A DNA stretch of 64,000 nucleotides from Lama glama (GCA_028534125.1 CM052817.1:44828001-44892000), one strand, 5' to 3'. Shown: positions 1-14,419, counted from the first letter of the stretch. Notes: generated by a model not told the origin, from the letters alone. Numbers and translations are program-made.

Positions 1-231
1 CCTGGGGGACACGCTGAGCATTAACCATGCCTTTTCTGTGGAGCATTTTGACCTCCCTGAAGACAGAGCTTTGCAGAGACCCAGCAACCTGTTTTCCTCC
101 CTAGAGCCTGGAAGGGTGGGATTTTATACTTCATTTCTTTTGGTAACCCCACTAATTGTCCTGGCACCTAGTGTAGTACCTGGTACACGGTAGGTAGCTA
201 AATGCCTACTGCCTCACCTTTGATCGTTTTA

Positions 232-482
232 GTTGAAAGAACAGTGTCCTGCGAGTCAGCAGAACTTGGTTAAAATTTCTTTTTCTGTCACTGACAGATT
301 CTTGGATTAAGTTAGACAAGACAAGTTGCAAAATTAAAACCTCAAAACCTCAGGTTCCTCACTTTGAAAATGAGGGTAATGAGAACACCTAACTTAGGGT
401 TGCTGCAAGAATGGCGTAAAATGATGGATGTAAAGCATCTAGCACAATCCCTCCCAAGTGCCTAAATTCGTTACTATTATTT
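232..482 (+). mobile_element. MIR SINE relic
   Basis: MIR core-like cctcaggttcctcactttgaaaatgagggtaat...tgtaaagcatctagcaca. Confidence 0.7.
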
Positions 483-2011
483 GTATAGGCAACATATTTG
501 TAGAGCCAACAACCAACATTGGTTATTGTTTCTAGATATTCTTTTCTCATCTAGGAACTAAAGCATGTATAGTAAATCAAGTTCCTTGTAACTCCAAATT
601 TTGGAGATTCTGTGACATAGGCCTGTGATCTTTGCTTGAGAAAAACTCTGAAGCTCAGAGTATTATGTTTGCCTTTAGACTTGCAAACAGTTTGAACATT
701 TCTCAGAAATGGGGACACAGAACTGGCCAAAGTCAGAGCTGGCTAATAAGAGATGGGCTGGCAAGGGAAATAGTGAGAGGGCAAGGGGCTGTTCACACTT
801 TGCTTCCTATTCACAGACCAAGGAAGGACCCTAACGTTAGGTCTCAGGGATGAGATGAACAGTCAGATTCACTTACCTGTTGCCTGGACCTGAGGCTCTG
901 GGCAAGTACCAACCGGCCTCTTTGGGGAGCCAGAGCAATTTTGGAGCTGTTCTAATGCTACCAGAAATATATTTAACAAAATAACATTGATTGGTGAATA
1001 TGTGTGGTCTTCTTTCTTAAAGTCAAATGAGTAAAATAGCTTCATTGTTGTTTATGTGAAGACAAGCAACTACATGTAATCTTAAAGGACTCCTTGTCTA
1101 TCTGCCTCATCTTCTGAGTTGCCTTTTTTCAGAGTTATGAAGATGTAGTCTTAGATTAAGAAAAAACCATAAGCATCACTTAATTTGTTATTTTATAGTC
1201 AAGAAAACAGACTTTGTCACTTTTAAAATGAATGTGGTAGATATAGAATTATCTTTATAGCTACGTGACACTGGAAATGTAGACAAGTGACTTATCAAAG
1301 ACCAAGTGGAGAGGTTAGGCGGGCAAGCTTCTAATTCACTTTTCCTGTCCTGAGGATGACCAAGTGTCCCATTGCCTGCAGTGTCCTGGTTTATTTACAC
1401 CTGTTTTCCTGGAGTAATTGCTAGCACCTTCTTTCCTTTCAAAAGATTCCTAGTGACAATAAACTCTACCCTCACACACCACATTGTCTTCTACTTCTTG
1501 GCACTAAAGAGGAGCGGTGCTCTCTGAGGAAATGAGGAGAATACTCAGGTTAGCTCAAGAAAGGGAAGATTTTTTTACATTTTTGTGAAGCTAGAAGAGG
1601 AAGCTTGTAGAAACCAAAGGGTGAGGAGCACAGCACAGTGTGGCCTCCTGCGAGAACAGTAGAAACTGGAAAGTCAGCAGGAGCCAAGCACACGCTGTGT
1701 CTCCCACTCCTTCCTCTGCTTTCCCCTCCAGCCAGTATTTCCAGGGGCCCCAGCTGTTTACGCATCTGGGGCTTCCCCAGCCCCAACCCCTAGTCAGCCC
1801 TCAGCTGCTGAGCCTCCTATGAATAGGCTTCATCCCTCAGTTTCTCCTTTCCAGATTCATGGCAGAGTAATGAGATTGGCTCAGTACAAGCAGAAATCAC
1901 AGATGGATAAACAGAGGCTGTATCCTTGCAGGAAGATTCTTCAGCTCCTAAGCCATAGTATCCAGCTCCTCCCTGGCTTTTAGAAATGTGATCTGGTGAT
2001 ATCAAAATCAC

Positions 2012-2450
2012 ATTATGTACCATTTGCAGCAACATGGATGGTCTTAGAGATGATCATGTTAGGTGAAGTAAGTCAGACAGAGAAGGACAAATACCATATG
2101 ATATCACTCATTTGTGGGATCTTCAAAAATGATACAAATGAACTTACTTGCAAACCAGAAATAGGCTCACAGACGTGGAAAATACACTATGGTTACCAAA
2201 GGAAAAAGGGGTGAGAGGAGGGATAAATTAGGGGGTTGGGATTAACATATACGCACTATTATGTATAAAATAGATAAACAACAAGAACCTACTATATAGC
2301 ATAGGGAACTATATTCAGTACCTTATATTAACCTATAATGGAAACAAATCTGAGAAAGAATATATATATGTATATATGTATATAATTGAATATCTTTGTG
2401 TACCTGAAACTAACACAACATTGTAAATCAACTATACTTCAGCTTAAAAA
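2012..2450 (+). mobile_element. L1 3' UTR fragment (5'-truncated)
   Basis: catttgcagcaacatggatg...gtaagtcagacagagaaggacaaata...aacacaacattgtaaatcaactatacttca followed by an A-run. Confidence 0.92.
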
Positions 2451-3429
2451 ATTGTATTGTATTTCTTCCAACATCTCACTAATTCATGGGGCCTGTGAGT
2501 GCATTCATTATTAATAGTTAAGACAATGGAGTAGAACAGTAGTTCTCAGTGTAGTCCCTAGACTCTAGGAACCACAGCAGAATCACTTATGGAGATTTAA
2601 AAAACACAGATCCCACCAGCCCTGCAGAATCAGACTCCTTAGGAATGGCACCCAGGTTAGGGAGCTAACCATGAAGTTCATGACTGGTTTGGATGGTGAT
2701 TACGTTAGCCCATGTCTTCACTCCTTAAGATGGCAGTTTTTTTTTTTTTTGAAGTCTTTGTATTTTATTCTTTTTTTTGTTTATCTGATAAAAAGCACAT
2801 GCCATTGTAAAAAGGCAGTTAGAACAAAAATTAATAAAACAGAGATAACTACTGTTATACATATTGTTCATTATTCTGTATTTTTTACTTATGCATATAT
2901 AGTGACATATACTTTACAGAAATGGAGTTCTATTCTTACACTTTATTTTTTATTTCAGCTGGTATAATTGACATATAAAAGAGATGGTCATTCTGATTGG
3001 GGCTATTACTACTAGTTGTTACTATTCTTCTGCAAGTTTAAAGGAAAGATTTTTTTTTTTTTTTGGAGAGAGGGGAATTTTCTTGCTTGTTAGAATTGTT
3101 TTTGCTTCCTTGCTTAATAAAGTGCAAGATTGCATTGTCAGGCCAAAGCAAACGGGCCATCTGTTCTGCCAGACACTTGCTTGTTTCCCAGGGAGGAATC
3201 AGCAGGTGGGATTATAAGATCATTAATGAAAACATAGGATGTTGGCCAAGTGACTAGGCATTTATGGCCTACATCCTCAAGATATATCCTATATACACAT
3301 GATGCTCTAAATGAAGGGACCGTTTTTATTAAAGCTGGTAACTAGTCAGAAGCAACCAAGGAGGATAAATCTGCTTTCAGTGTCTGCTCTCTGTGTCTAA
3401 GAGCATGTTTAGGTATATACTTTGTCAGT

Positions 3430-3900
3430 CATCCATTTATTTAGCAAATATTTACTGAGCAGGGACCATTTGTGAGGCAGAGTGCTAAGAGCTATGGATA
3501 CAGCAGTAAACCAGACAGTCCCTACCCTTACGGAATTTATAATCTAATTCAAAACTTTTGGGGCTCAGGCCCCTTTATTCTCTTAACAATTTTTGAAAAC
3601 CCCAAAGAACTTATGTTTCTGTAGGTTTATCTGTTGATATTTATAGTATTAGAAATTAAAACTGATACATTTTTAAAACACAAGCATACACAAGCACATA
3701 TTCCATTAGCTGTCAGAGTAGTGACGCCATTACAAGCTGTGTAGCCTCTGGAAAACTCCACCGCATGCTCATGAGAGAATGAGAGTGATAAAGGCAGATG
3801 ATGCATCATTATGGAAATAGCTTTTACCTTGAGAACTCCCTAAAAGGGTCTTTCTTGGGGACCCCCAAAGGTCCTCAGATCACACTTTTGAGACTTACTG
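3430..3900. mobile_element. L2 3'-end relic (~3430-3545) followed by a hAT-Charlie-type DNA transposon relic (~3548-3900)
   Basis: catttatttagcaaatattttactgagc (L2 tail); aaaaccccaaagaacttatgtttctgtaggttt...attagaaattaaaactga (Charlie-like). Confidence 0.6.
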
Positions 3901-6900
3901 ATCTGTTGTATATTTCGTTAATTACATCGATTTTTAGAATAAATTTTAAAATTGCACAATATCCCTGTTTTGTTTCTGTAAGGCCATTTTGGAAACTATA
4001 TTATTAATGTTTTCAAACCATCAGGATTTTGTTTAGTTTGCTATACATTTTATATGTCTTTTTAGTTTCCCCACGAGTCCAGCATGAAAGACAGTAGTTT
4101 GGGCCATCAGTGATGCAGTTTCAGTGAACCTCGTGTCTTTTCCTGCGTGTTGACCAAGCTAGACTAGAACGTTAGCATCTCTGTAACTGAATGACTCAAT
4201 AATTCCCCTCTAGCTTCAGCCCTGCCAGGGGTTTTCAACCCACATGACGTAATTTAGTATTTAAAGCTAGCCTGAAAGCTCTCTTTGAAGGTAGGGGTTC
4301 TGCCATAGGTAGCGTTATAGCATCTTCCCATTCTGCTGAATGACTGTCATACAGAATAGATGGTCGTTAGCATCGCTTGGATGAATGGAAGGGTGAAACA
4401 TTCATCTCTGGGACGATTTTGTTTGTGTGTCGTTACTCAGCTTCACATTTTTGTTCTGCTGTGTAGGGCAGTGGTCATGTTTGATGCCTTTCCAGTCTGG
4501 ACACTTCACCTGATAATCCACTTTCCGGCTTCCCTCGAAACACGTGGCTGCTTTGCAGTGCTGGTCCCACAACAGTCCTTTGTGGCAGCAGCCTGGGCAG
4601 AGTAGAGGCCACTCTGCAGACGGGACCTCCCCCCTGCTCCCACAACCGCCACACTCCTCTTGTCCCCTGACTCCAAGGCCCAGTGAAGGTGCCCTTCATC
4701 ATGGTGCCTGCTCTGCTGTCTTAACAGAGTAGAGAAATACTGTTTCTGATGCTCTTTACCAAGAGAAGGAAAATGAAACATAGCCTGATGAAGGGGTCAT
4801 GTGTTTAAACTAATGGGAGATGGCACATTTCTGTGTAGAAGTGACCATTATTACTAGGGTTTGGCCTGCAAACATGTACAAAACTGCACCTTCTTCATCA
4901 CTGACCTTCGCCACCTGGCCCCTTCGGCATCCGAGTTTTACACTAAATAAGGCAGGATGCTATCATTATAGGAATGTAATCATTACTCTTGCAAGTCCCA
5001 TTTTAAAAGGATGTGGCTTTTAATAATATACGTCTGATAATGCACAATAATGGAAGGCAGAGGAGACGTAGAATTAAATAGGTGATGAAAACATCACTTA
5101 TTTCATCTGTGAGATATAATCACAACCAAACAGGTTGTTAAAATATGAATCTTGGCTCCACAAGGTACACACAGGACCAGGCATTGTTGTCATGGCCATG
5201 CTTCTTATTTATCCACATCCTAAAAATCCTTTTTCTCATCCACTCCTTGACCACTTCCCCAGCCCCCTCCAACCTCCACGTATATGTCCCCAATTTTCAC
5301 CGGATCGTTTTGATAAAGCTTCCAGGGGCTGCTGCTTTTTCTCCCTTTAGGCTGGCAATTCTCAACCATGGTTTCACATTTGCAGTTACCTGGAAGCATT
5401 TAAAAAATAACTCTTGGGGGTGTTCCATGGCAGGAGCTTTTTTGGGATAGCTGTTCCACCCTCTTGTCCTCTATGTAATTTATAGATAGAGTAGCAGCTT
5501 ACACATCAGCTAACATTTGAGCCTCAACTGTCAGATCTCATTAGCTAAAATTATTACAGTTGCCATTAGAGCAAAATGAGTTCAACAACTGTGACTTTTT
5601 TTTTTTAAAGGCCAGTGCATTTGTTACAGAGTTAAAATAAGGTCAGAGAATAAGGGTAGGGTGTTAATGGCAGCTTATTTCTTTTACCTCCACAGAGAAT
5701 TTTAAAAGGTAAGTAGTGTAAATTAACTTACGTTACTACAACAGTCAGCGTTGGGCTTAATTACAGGGAGACTTTTTTTTAAATGATACAGCCAAACTGG
5801 CGTTTTGATATTTGGTGAATTTTATTAATCTGGAGCCCACCAAGAATTATCTACATGCTTTTAGATCAGGTTCTCAAAGTTGGTCTGCATTATCTCTGGG
5901 TAAATTTAGACTGTGCAGATGACAACATGGATGCTGAATTTGTGTTTAATTATTAAGTAGCACTTTGTTGTACTAAAAAAACAACCAGCAGTGCTCTTGA
6001 GGCCTGGAAGTTTCCTTAAAAGTATGACTTACTCCCATCAAAGCTTTAGGCAACTCCCTGAGTGCTTATTTTTATCATTTGGACGTGGCTTAGACCAGGA
6101 CAGCTGGTTCAGCAGCCCTCCTCGTGCTGCCTTCCTGGAAGATCTCTGCCAGGCTGGCTTGGAGGGGTTGTGTCTTGCAGCTATACCAAGTCGTGTCAGC
6201 CCCCAGCAGACGCAGATAATCCAGCCCATACCTGCGGAAAGGTGGGCTGTTGGTGTTGCTGGTGCATAAAGGGCCTGCCAGGGAATGACACATGATGGCA
6301 GGTGACAGCTGCGTCAGATCACTGCAGGGCTTAGCACACATGTCAAGGACCTCACACTTTATCCTGTGAGCAGTGAGGAGTGTCTGCCCTGATAGGCACT
6401 GTTAATAGAACTCTCTAGAAGCTGAGGTGGATCATGACTTTGAAAGGAGCATGGCTGGAGAGAAGGAGGCCAGTTAGGAGACTATCTATCACCTAGTTAC
6501 CTGTTAGGAGCTTGCCTAACACTGAACAGTATTGCCACAGTCCATGCTGGTGATGAAATGGGCACAGGAACAGAAGCAGCGAAGAGGAGGTAAAAGCATT
6601 AAGACTGAGTGACTGGTTAGGGGAGAAACTCATGAGTCCCTTTTTTGGTCACACTGATGTTGAGCAGCCTGGGAGGTTTCTAGATGGGGACTACAGGATG
6701 GGTCCATGCAGCGGGAATGATCCTAGTAACTGCAGGCAGAGCCTTCTTTGGGCCGTGCATGTAAGTGTCCATGGTCACATGCAGCTGATTGTGTGTCCTT
6801 GGTTACATGTCTTCTTGGGAACAGGGTCTATGCTTGTCAGGCATAGAGAAAGCTCCCACTATATACATATTGGCTAATTAACTGGAAAGTAAGTTTTTCG

Positions 6901-8337
6901 GTCCAAAAGATGATTTGACTGTTGACACTGCAGATTCACCACATAACTTGATCATCTTTCCAAGATTTCTTTTGATGGTACTGCCCCATTATTATGCCTG
7001 GAAAAACTCATAATATTCTGCTTGGCTAACATTAATAAACAATATCCAAAGTCTCATTGTAAAACCGACTTAGGACCTTACATTGATTTTTAATTTAGTG
7101 TAAGTGGAAAACTTGCTGGTTGCAGGGCTGTCTGGTGGCCCTCACCACCACAGCAGACACCTCAGTGAGGAGGATCAGTTGTTCCCAAGCCACGGCTTTA
7201 TGTTTAGACTAAGCAATGGGCACCTTGTGACCAGGGACACAGGCACATTATATCATGTGGAATGGATGACTTCTGTACCAAACATCCTCCTGGCCTGAGG
7301 TTAGGGTTATTACTTGTTAGTTTCTGAGTCCTTCCTTTGCAGAGCAAACTCCAGGGAATGCCCTGAGGATCCGGGGCAGAAACTGGAGTTCAAGGTTAAA
7401 ACAGAGGCATAATGGCAGGCATAATGAGGTAGAGGAGCCACCTGGACACTCGAGAGCTCAGTTCTCCCTTTCTTAGGTCCCCAAGGGTCCGTTCTGGCCC
7501 GGGAGTTCACCATGACCTCACATAGCTGCCCTAGTTCCCTTTCTTTCTTCCAGAGGTAAGGGCTGACTCCCCAGGAAGGTCACAGCCCAGGTGATGACTT
7601 CTCCATAGTTTTCATGATCTTTCTGGAGTAATGTTGCCAAATAAAATGCAGGATGCCTAGTTAAAGTTGAATTTCAGATAAACAATGAGTAATATTTAGT
7701 GAGTCTGTGCAATATTTTGATTCACTTCAGTTTATCAGTTCTTAATGTCCTACTGTATTCACTGCTCTCTAGTGCACTTTTTCTTGAATTATCTGATGAT
7801 AAGTTGCAGACATTACAACACTTTGCCCCTGAATCCTTCAGCATTTAATCCTAAGAATGAAAGCATTTCTGACATAGCCCATGCAACAGTTGGGACATCC
7901 TTGGGCATCTTGTGTTTTTACTCACTAAATCCGGAGGCTCTGCTTTGGGGCTGTGGTGGACCAGCAGCAGCTGCCATGGCTGAGCGTGGGCTTTGCAAAC
8001 CCACAGACCTGAACGTGGGGGGATTTGACGTGACCTACTGGCTCTGTGGGTTTGGGAAAGCCGGTGCCACCATTTCCTTATTTGCAAAAATGAGAATTCA
8101 TACCCTGCAGCATCAGCACAAGGCTTAAGATAGTGGACATAAGGCCCTAGCACAGGACCTGACTCCTGGAGACTTTCAGTAAATAGCCGCTGACCATGGG
8201 AGTAATGGTAATTGTCCTTCTCTGAGGTGAATGTCAGGGGAAGGAGGTAAAAATAAAGAAGCAACTATTTTAGAAGTGTTGGCAGCTGTATTTATAAACT
8301 CCCCTCTGTTCTCACATTCCCTTTCCTACTTAGTGTG

Positions 8338-8379
8338 TACACACACACGCACGTACGCACGCACGCACGCACACGCACC
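8338..8379. repeat. Compound (CA)n/(CACG)n microsatellite
   Basis: acacacacacgcacgtacgcacgcacgcacgcacacgcac. Confidence 0.9.
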
Positions 8380-8859
8380 ATGCCATCTACTCTGGAATTT
8401 ACAGTGAGTTCCTTGACAAACATCTAGCCATTTGGGGTGGAGAAAGAGACATATTAAAGGTGCAAGAAAAGCCAGTGCTCTTGAGAGCAAGATCTGAATG
8501 GGATCAAAGGTGCTGTGAGACACGTCTGGGGGTTGACTCAGCTGAGAGTGACCAGGGAGAGGCCGGTGACCGGGGTGGAGGCAGGCAGTGAGGGGAAGCC
8601 CAGGTTGTAACAGCATCTGCAGTCAGCGTGGCTCTGGCAAGCTGTCAGGGATCGATTTTGTTGTTAGGTTTTTTTCGTTTGCTTTGTTTAGCAAAGGACT
8701 CCAGTAGACCAGATGTTTATTTCGAGCCTAAAACTTCGTCATCAACTTGAAGCTTGGAGGAACTAGTTCAAGTTAGACTGTTGTGAGAACAGCCAGTGTT
8801 ACCCTTCCTTCTGGAAAAGATTTTGCCCTCCTTCCTGGAAACGGTTCCCCTTCTTCCGA

Positions 8860-8862
8860 CTT

Positions 8863-8917
<55 letters not shown>

Positions 8918-8921
8918 TTTT
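8860..8921. repeat. (TTTA)n tetranucleotide microsatellite, ~14 perfect units
   Basis: Directly visible; it produces the FIYL repeat in ORF 8783..8968. Confidence 0.98.
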
Positions 8922-10247
8922 TGTCTGAAAGCTGGATGCAAATCAGGCAGATAAACTCAAGCAGTTAACCATCTGTTCACTCACCCTGACTGGCTCTTTT
9001 GGGGCTCATAATTCTAGGGTGATTTTCTTTACTTTAATAGGTAAATGAGGTTTCAAGTCCTTTCCTACACTAAAGTTCCCCACACGCTGTGATGCTTGTC
9101 AGGAAAAGTATGGAGGAACACTGAGTGTTAAATCAACCATCCTGACTACAAGAGGAAAAGAAATACTGCAAAGCCTGGGGTGGGGGCCCTTGGAGCCTGC
9201 GAGGGAGAGCTGACCACAGCTGACGGCGGCGTCAGCCTCGCCGTTGTTTCACAGGGCCCCAGGAAAAGCTTAAATGAAGTCATTCTCTGTATCCATTTCT
9301 TCTGCTTTCCCTTCGGGTCTATTAATACTTTCAGAGAATCTGAGTCTCTTTCTTAGATTTTCACTTAAAAAAAATCAAAAGTGAATAATTATTTTTTCTG
9401 CTTACAGAAGTAATTTATTTTTCTTATAAAAAAATCCAGACAATGTAGAGAAGCTTCACAGAGAGAATGGAAGACCCCCTCATAATCCTGTTCCACAGAG
9501 ATAAGTGCTATTAAAGATTTAATGTGGAGGCTCGGAGATTTTGAGGGTAACTAAAAGATCACAATCATAAAATTATCTCTGTGTCACCCACCTTAGCGTT
9601 TTCACGTTTGCATTTTATCCACTGGTCTCGCCCAGACTTATTTCACACTGTCTGCTTTTTCCTTTTAGCATACAATATGGGTAGGTTTCTTATTTATGCA
9701 TAGTTTTTAATTGGTTGCTTTCTACTCCAGCCTGTGAATTATCATAATTTACCAAGCCATTCTTGTCCTGTTCAACATTTTGGTTATTTCTGATTTTATG
9801 CTAATTCCTTCTTGTTTCAACCGAAATGTTATGTAGGCCTGGAGGAGAGGATTATGACTAAAGGCTTTTTTCCCCCTCTTTCTCTCTTTTATCATGTAAC
9901 ATTTGCTGGGTTGTCTACATTTGAGCAGACTCACGAAAGTGACAAGATTCCTTTTTCGCGTCAGACCAAGTCCTGGAATCCTCTCATCCTCCAGCTGAAG
10001 ACGGAAATAGTCAAGATCACAGGCACCGTGTGTGGGGTATTTTGAGCATGGCCTGAGATAAGTGCTCTCACGTAGCCCTTACAATAATCCTTGCCAAGCT
10101 CTCCTTGCCACTTGTGCCAGTGTAACCTTCTCAAATGCCTCTTGCCTGTGTCAAGGGTTAGTCAGAAGGGCTTTTCTTTTTATAGAGAGGAGTTAACAGG
10201 GCTGCGAAGGAGAGAAACTTAACCAAAGTTTAGTTAACAAGCATTTT

Positions 10248-10481
10248 CCCCCAGCTTTATTGAGGTATGATTGACAAATGAAAATCGTAGGTATTTAAGG
10301 AGGACAGTGGGGTACCTGATGTGCATTGTGAAATGATTACTACAGTCAAGCTGATTAATGTATCCATCACCTCACAGAGTTACTTTTTGTGTGTGCGCTG
10401 AGAACACCTGAGATCTACTGTTAGCCACTTTCAAGTGTCCAACATGGTGTCATTAACCATAGTCACTGTGCTGTACATGAG
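10248..10481 (-). mobile_element. L1 (L1MA-type) 3' end with a 10-bp TSD
   Basis: ccagctttattgaggtatgattgacaaat...; CAAGCATTTT at 10238-10247 and 10482-10491. Confidence 0.9.
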
Positions 10482-13369
10482 CAAGCATTTTGTTCCCATT
10501 GATCAGTGGGAACGAGCTGTTCAGCTAATCAGTTACGAGGCAAAAGATGGGAATCTGGAGGGTCCGTGTCTGACCTTGTCTTAGGTAAACAGAGAGCCGT
10601 CTGTGAATCTAAGTCATATGGGGAGGGCGTTTCTTTGCCACCATCCATTTCCTGGAACACGGAGGAGGAGATTCCTGAACCACTGCTGTCATCCAGGAGC
10701 TTGGGGCTCCTTGGAGCACAGGTTTGCAGTGAGTCCTGGGATGGGACGCTGGCTGCACCACTAGCAAACCTCAGGCATTCCCCCAACCTCTTTGAGCTTT
10801 GGTCTCCTGAAGTGTAAAATGGGGAAGATGATTTTCATCTTGTAGACTATTATGGGATTAGATAAGATGAACTGGCAACATAATGCCTGGCTCTTGATAT
10901 TTTACTGCAGCTCAAAAACCTTCCATAGCACAAACCCCCACCTTGTATATTGGATAAAATCTTGACTCCTGTGACCCCAACCTACCTCTGCAAATGAATC
11001 TCCCTACTCCCTATAAAGCCCACACCTAGGCACACCTCATACTGTCCCTCCTCTGTATCTTTTATTGTCTCATTCTCCACGTACACTCTTTCTGTTTAAG
11101 CAGAGGTCTGTAGGAGATATGGATGTGGAGCAGACAGGGAGGAAGGGCTCACTCTGTCCAGCCAGGCAGGGTAGTTGAATCAACCCTAGCTGTCCATAAG
11201 GCGTGCACCCCCTTGACCTCCTCTGCTTGCCAAATTTTTATTCATTCTTCCTAGCTCACTTTAAGCACTACCTTTCTCCATTTCAGTTCATAGACTCCAT
11301 TGTCTGAACACTGTAGAGACCATTGCCTGGTATACTCATTGGCCACTTATTACAATGTACTTTATATTGTTGACTATCTTGCATGTGTGTATCACTGTCC
11401 CCCTAAATAGAGGGTAAACTCCTGGAACACAGAAACCATATCTGTGTTGCTGGGTATCTCCTACCTACTATAATGGGCACGGACATGGTGTTCAGATGAT
11501 TTGCATGCATAGATCTATACTTTGCAAGAAAACCATGAATATAGCACTACTTTAAATAGTTGTTAGAAAAAAGGAACATAGATTTTTCTTTCCACCCACA
11601 AAAGAAACTGGCTTCACTTAGCTCTTTAGGGTGCTTGGATTACTGATAAGATACACAGACTAATACGTGCTAGATTTATGTGTTTCTGATTCTATTCTCA
11701 AGCTATTGTTCTCTCCATATCTGAATGTGGCTGAACCGGTCCGGGGACAACCACTTTCCCTGGGTACGCTTTAAAGGCTCCTTGGGCGTGTAGCGATCAA
11801 GCTGCTGTTACAGGGCCTGGGCTGCGGCTTTGCCTTTAACCATTCGTGCCTTTCTTCTGCTCCCGCTGGTTGCCTCGCATCAAGTTCTTCTCTCCCGGCA
11901 CCTTGTAAAAACAGTCAAGGGAAAATATAGTTTTCTAGTACTCTTTTGTTGATTGAACCAATGTTTCTCTAAAACCTGCATTGTCACTGTGGGGAGAGTT
12001 TAAGGAAAAACAAAAAACTTCCACTTTTTTTTTTGTAGGTCAGCACCTTCTGTTTGAAGAAGCCAGCAGTTAACCTAATATAGCTGTACTTTCCTTCTCA
12101 TTTTCTGTTGCTAATCTCACCTGCTTTATGTTGATTCCTGTTAACTTCAATTTTAAGAAGATGTTTTCTGTCCTGAACCCTTTTTCCCCTAAGAAATTCC
12201 TATGTAATGTGTTATGGGGTCCAAAGGAAGGGCTGATCCATCCAGGTAGGGGGGGGGAGGGGAAGTTACTACCTTGCCCCTTTCTGGAAATTCCTGGACA
12301 AGAAAGAGTTCTTAGTTTAATGAAATCAAATGACTTTAAAGGTATATGCTGGCCTTCAAAATCCTCTAGAAGACAATGATTATCATTGACATGTTAGACT
12401 TGTGGTAGCTAACATCTGTTGTAGGTGGGTTATGTTTGTGTCGCTGAGCTGTTTCTTGGTGCTGTATGTATACTTTACAGCAGAGAAACTACCATATAAC
12501 TTCTATAATTAAATGTCCTCTCTCTCTGGGCCTGACTCTCCCTCGCTTCTCCTCAGATAGCTAGGATTCCTGTTTAGGAGATAAGATGAAAGACCGCAAA
12601 GCCTAAAAAACTACCTGAAATGACCGATTAGGCTGTTCTATGACTGGCTCAAGGAGAGATGAATGTGTGCTGATGGGGAGGGGGGCGCTTTACCAAGGAA
12701 GGAGTCTGAGCTGGATCCAGAGCTTGGAGGAAAGGGGGTTTATGATTTGTCTTTAAATTTTTCTATCTCATCAATCTGACCTCAACTCAGCAAATCAGTA
12801 CTGATAGTAAAAGCCAAGGAGATTTCAATAATGTGTTGCTTGGTTAAAAATCTGATGATTAGACATTCTGAGCTGATGCCAAACCACAAGCATCCCCAGT
12901 TCTATGACGTGGCCAACTCATGGGTGGGAGTTTACTTCCAGCCCTCCAGATGACTGCCTTTGCTTTGACAAGCTTAGGTTTTCTGTACTCTGTTTTTCCC
13001 CTGCAGAGGTTCTTGGGATATTTTCCATTGAGTAATAGAGCTGTATCATTAAGCTCCCTTGCAACATTGCTTCTATTAAATTGGAAGCCTGGACTGCTAA
13101 AAATTGGCATCCCATTGTGTGCTGCATCACAGGACATTTTCAGCATGTGGTTTCTATTATGTTTTGAAGCTGGTCTCTCTGTTTGATGTCTCAGAAATCC
13201 TTTCCAGTAGAGGAGTGACAGGTGATATCAGGTGATGCGTCTCTTGCAATCTAGTTATTGTGTCACTACTGGTCTTACATTGTGTTTATCAGTAGATCTC
13301 ATTTTCCTCTTTTAAAAAATTTTCTCCATGTTAGTGTTTTTTTTAGTTTATGAATTTATTTTACAATAT

Positions 13370-14357
13370 CATATTTTTAAAAATTGAAGTATAGATGATG
13401 TACAATGTTATATGTTGTAAGTATGCAATATAGTGATTCACAATTTTTATAGGTTATTTTCCATTTATAGTTATAAAATATTGGCTATATTCCCCATATT
13501 GTACAGTACATCCTTGTAGCTTATTTTATACCTGATAGTTTGTACCTTAGTCCTCTAGCTCCATCTTGCCCCTCCCCCTTCCCTCTCCCCACTGGTAGCC
13601 ACTAGTTCCTTCTCTACATCTGTGAGTCTGTTTCTGTTCTGTTATATTCACTAGTTTGTTGTATTTTTTTTGATTCCACATATTAGTGATATCTTACAGT
13701 ATTTGTCTTTCCCTGTCTGACTTATTTCACTTAGCATAATGTCCTCCAAGGCCATCCATGCTCTACACCAGAAACTAATACAACATTTTAAATCAGTTGT
13801 ACTTCAATTAAATAGCAAAGTACAAACAAACAACCCATTTAAAATATGGGCAGAAGAACTGAAGAGACATTTTTCCAAAAGAGGAAATGCAGATAGCCTG
13901 CAGGAGCATGAAAATTTGCTCAACATCAAATATCAGGGAAATGCAAATCAAAATCACAATGAGATGCCATCTCTCACTGGTCAGAATGACCATCAAAAAG
14001 AACACCAATAGCAAATGTTGGCAAGGATGTGGAGAAAAGGGAATCCTTGTACACTGTTGGTGGTAATGCAAATTGGTGCAGCCACCATGGAAAACAATAT
14101 GGAGGTTTCTCAAAAACCCAAAACAGAACCACCATATGGCCCAGCAATTCTACTCCTGGGCATATACTGAGAAAAATAAAAATATTAATTCAAAAAGATA
14201 CATACACCCCACTACTTAACAGCAGCATCATTTATAATTGTCAAGACATGGAAGCATCCCAAATGCACATCAACAGATGAATGGATAAAGAAGATGTAGC
14301 ATATATGTGCATTGGAATACAGCTCACCCATAAAAAGGATATTTTGCCATTTGTGGC
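13370..14357 (-). mobile_element. 5'-inverted L1: 3' UTR on the - strand (13370-13760), ORF2-end/3' UTR segment on the + strand (13813-14357)
   Basis: The + segment ends ...ttgccatttgtggc; the - segment begins catggatggccttggagg. These are adjacent in the L1 consensus. Confidence 0.8.
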
Positions 14358-14419
14358 CCTTCATTAACTTTTTTTTTTTTGCACTGCAAAAACCAGAATT
14401 TTGTAACTGCCATAAACAT

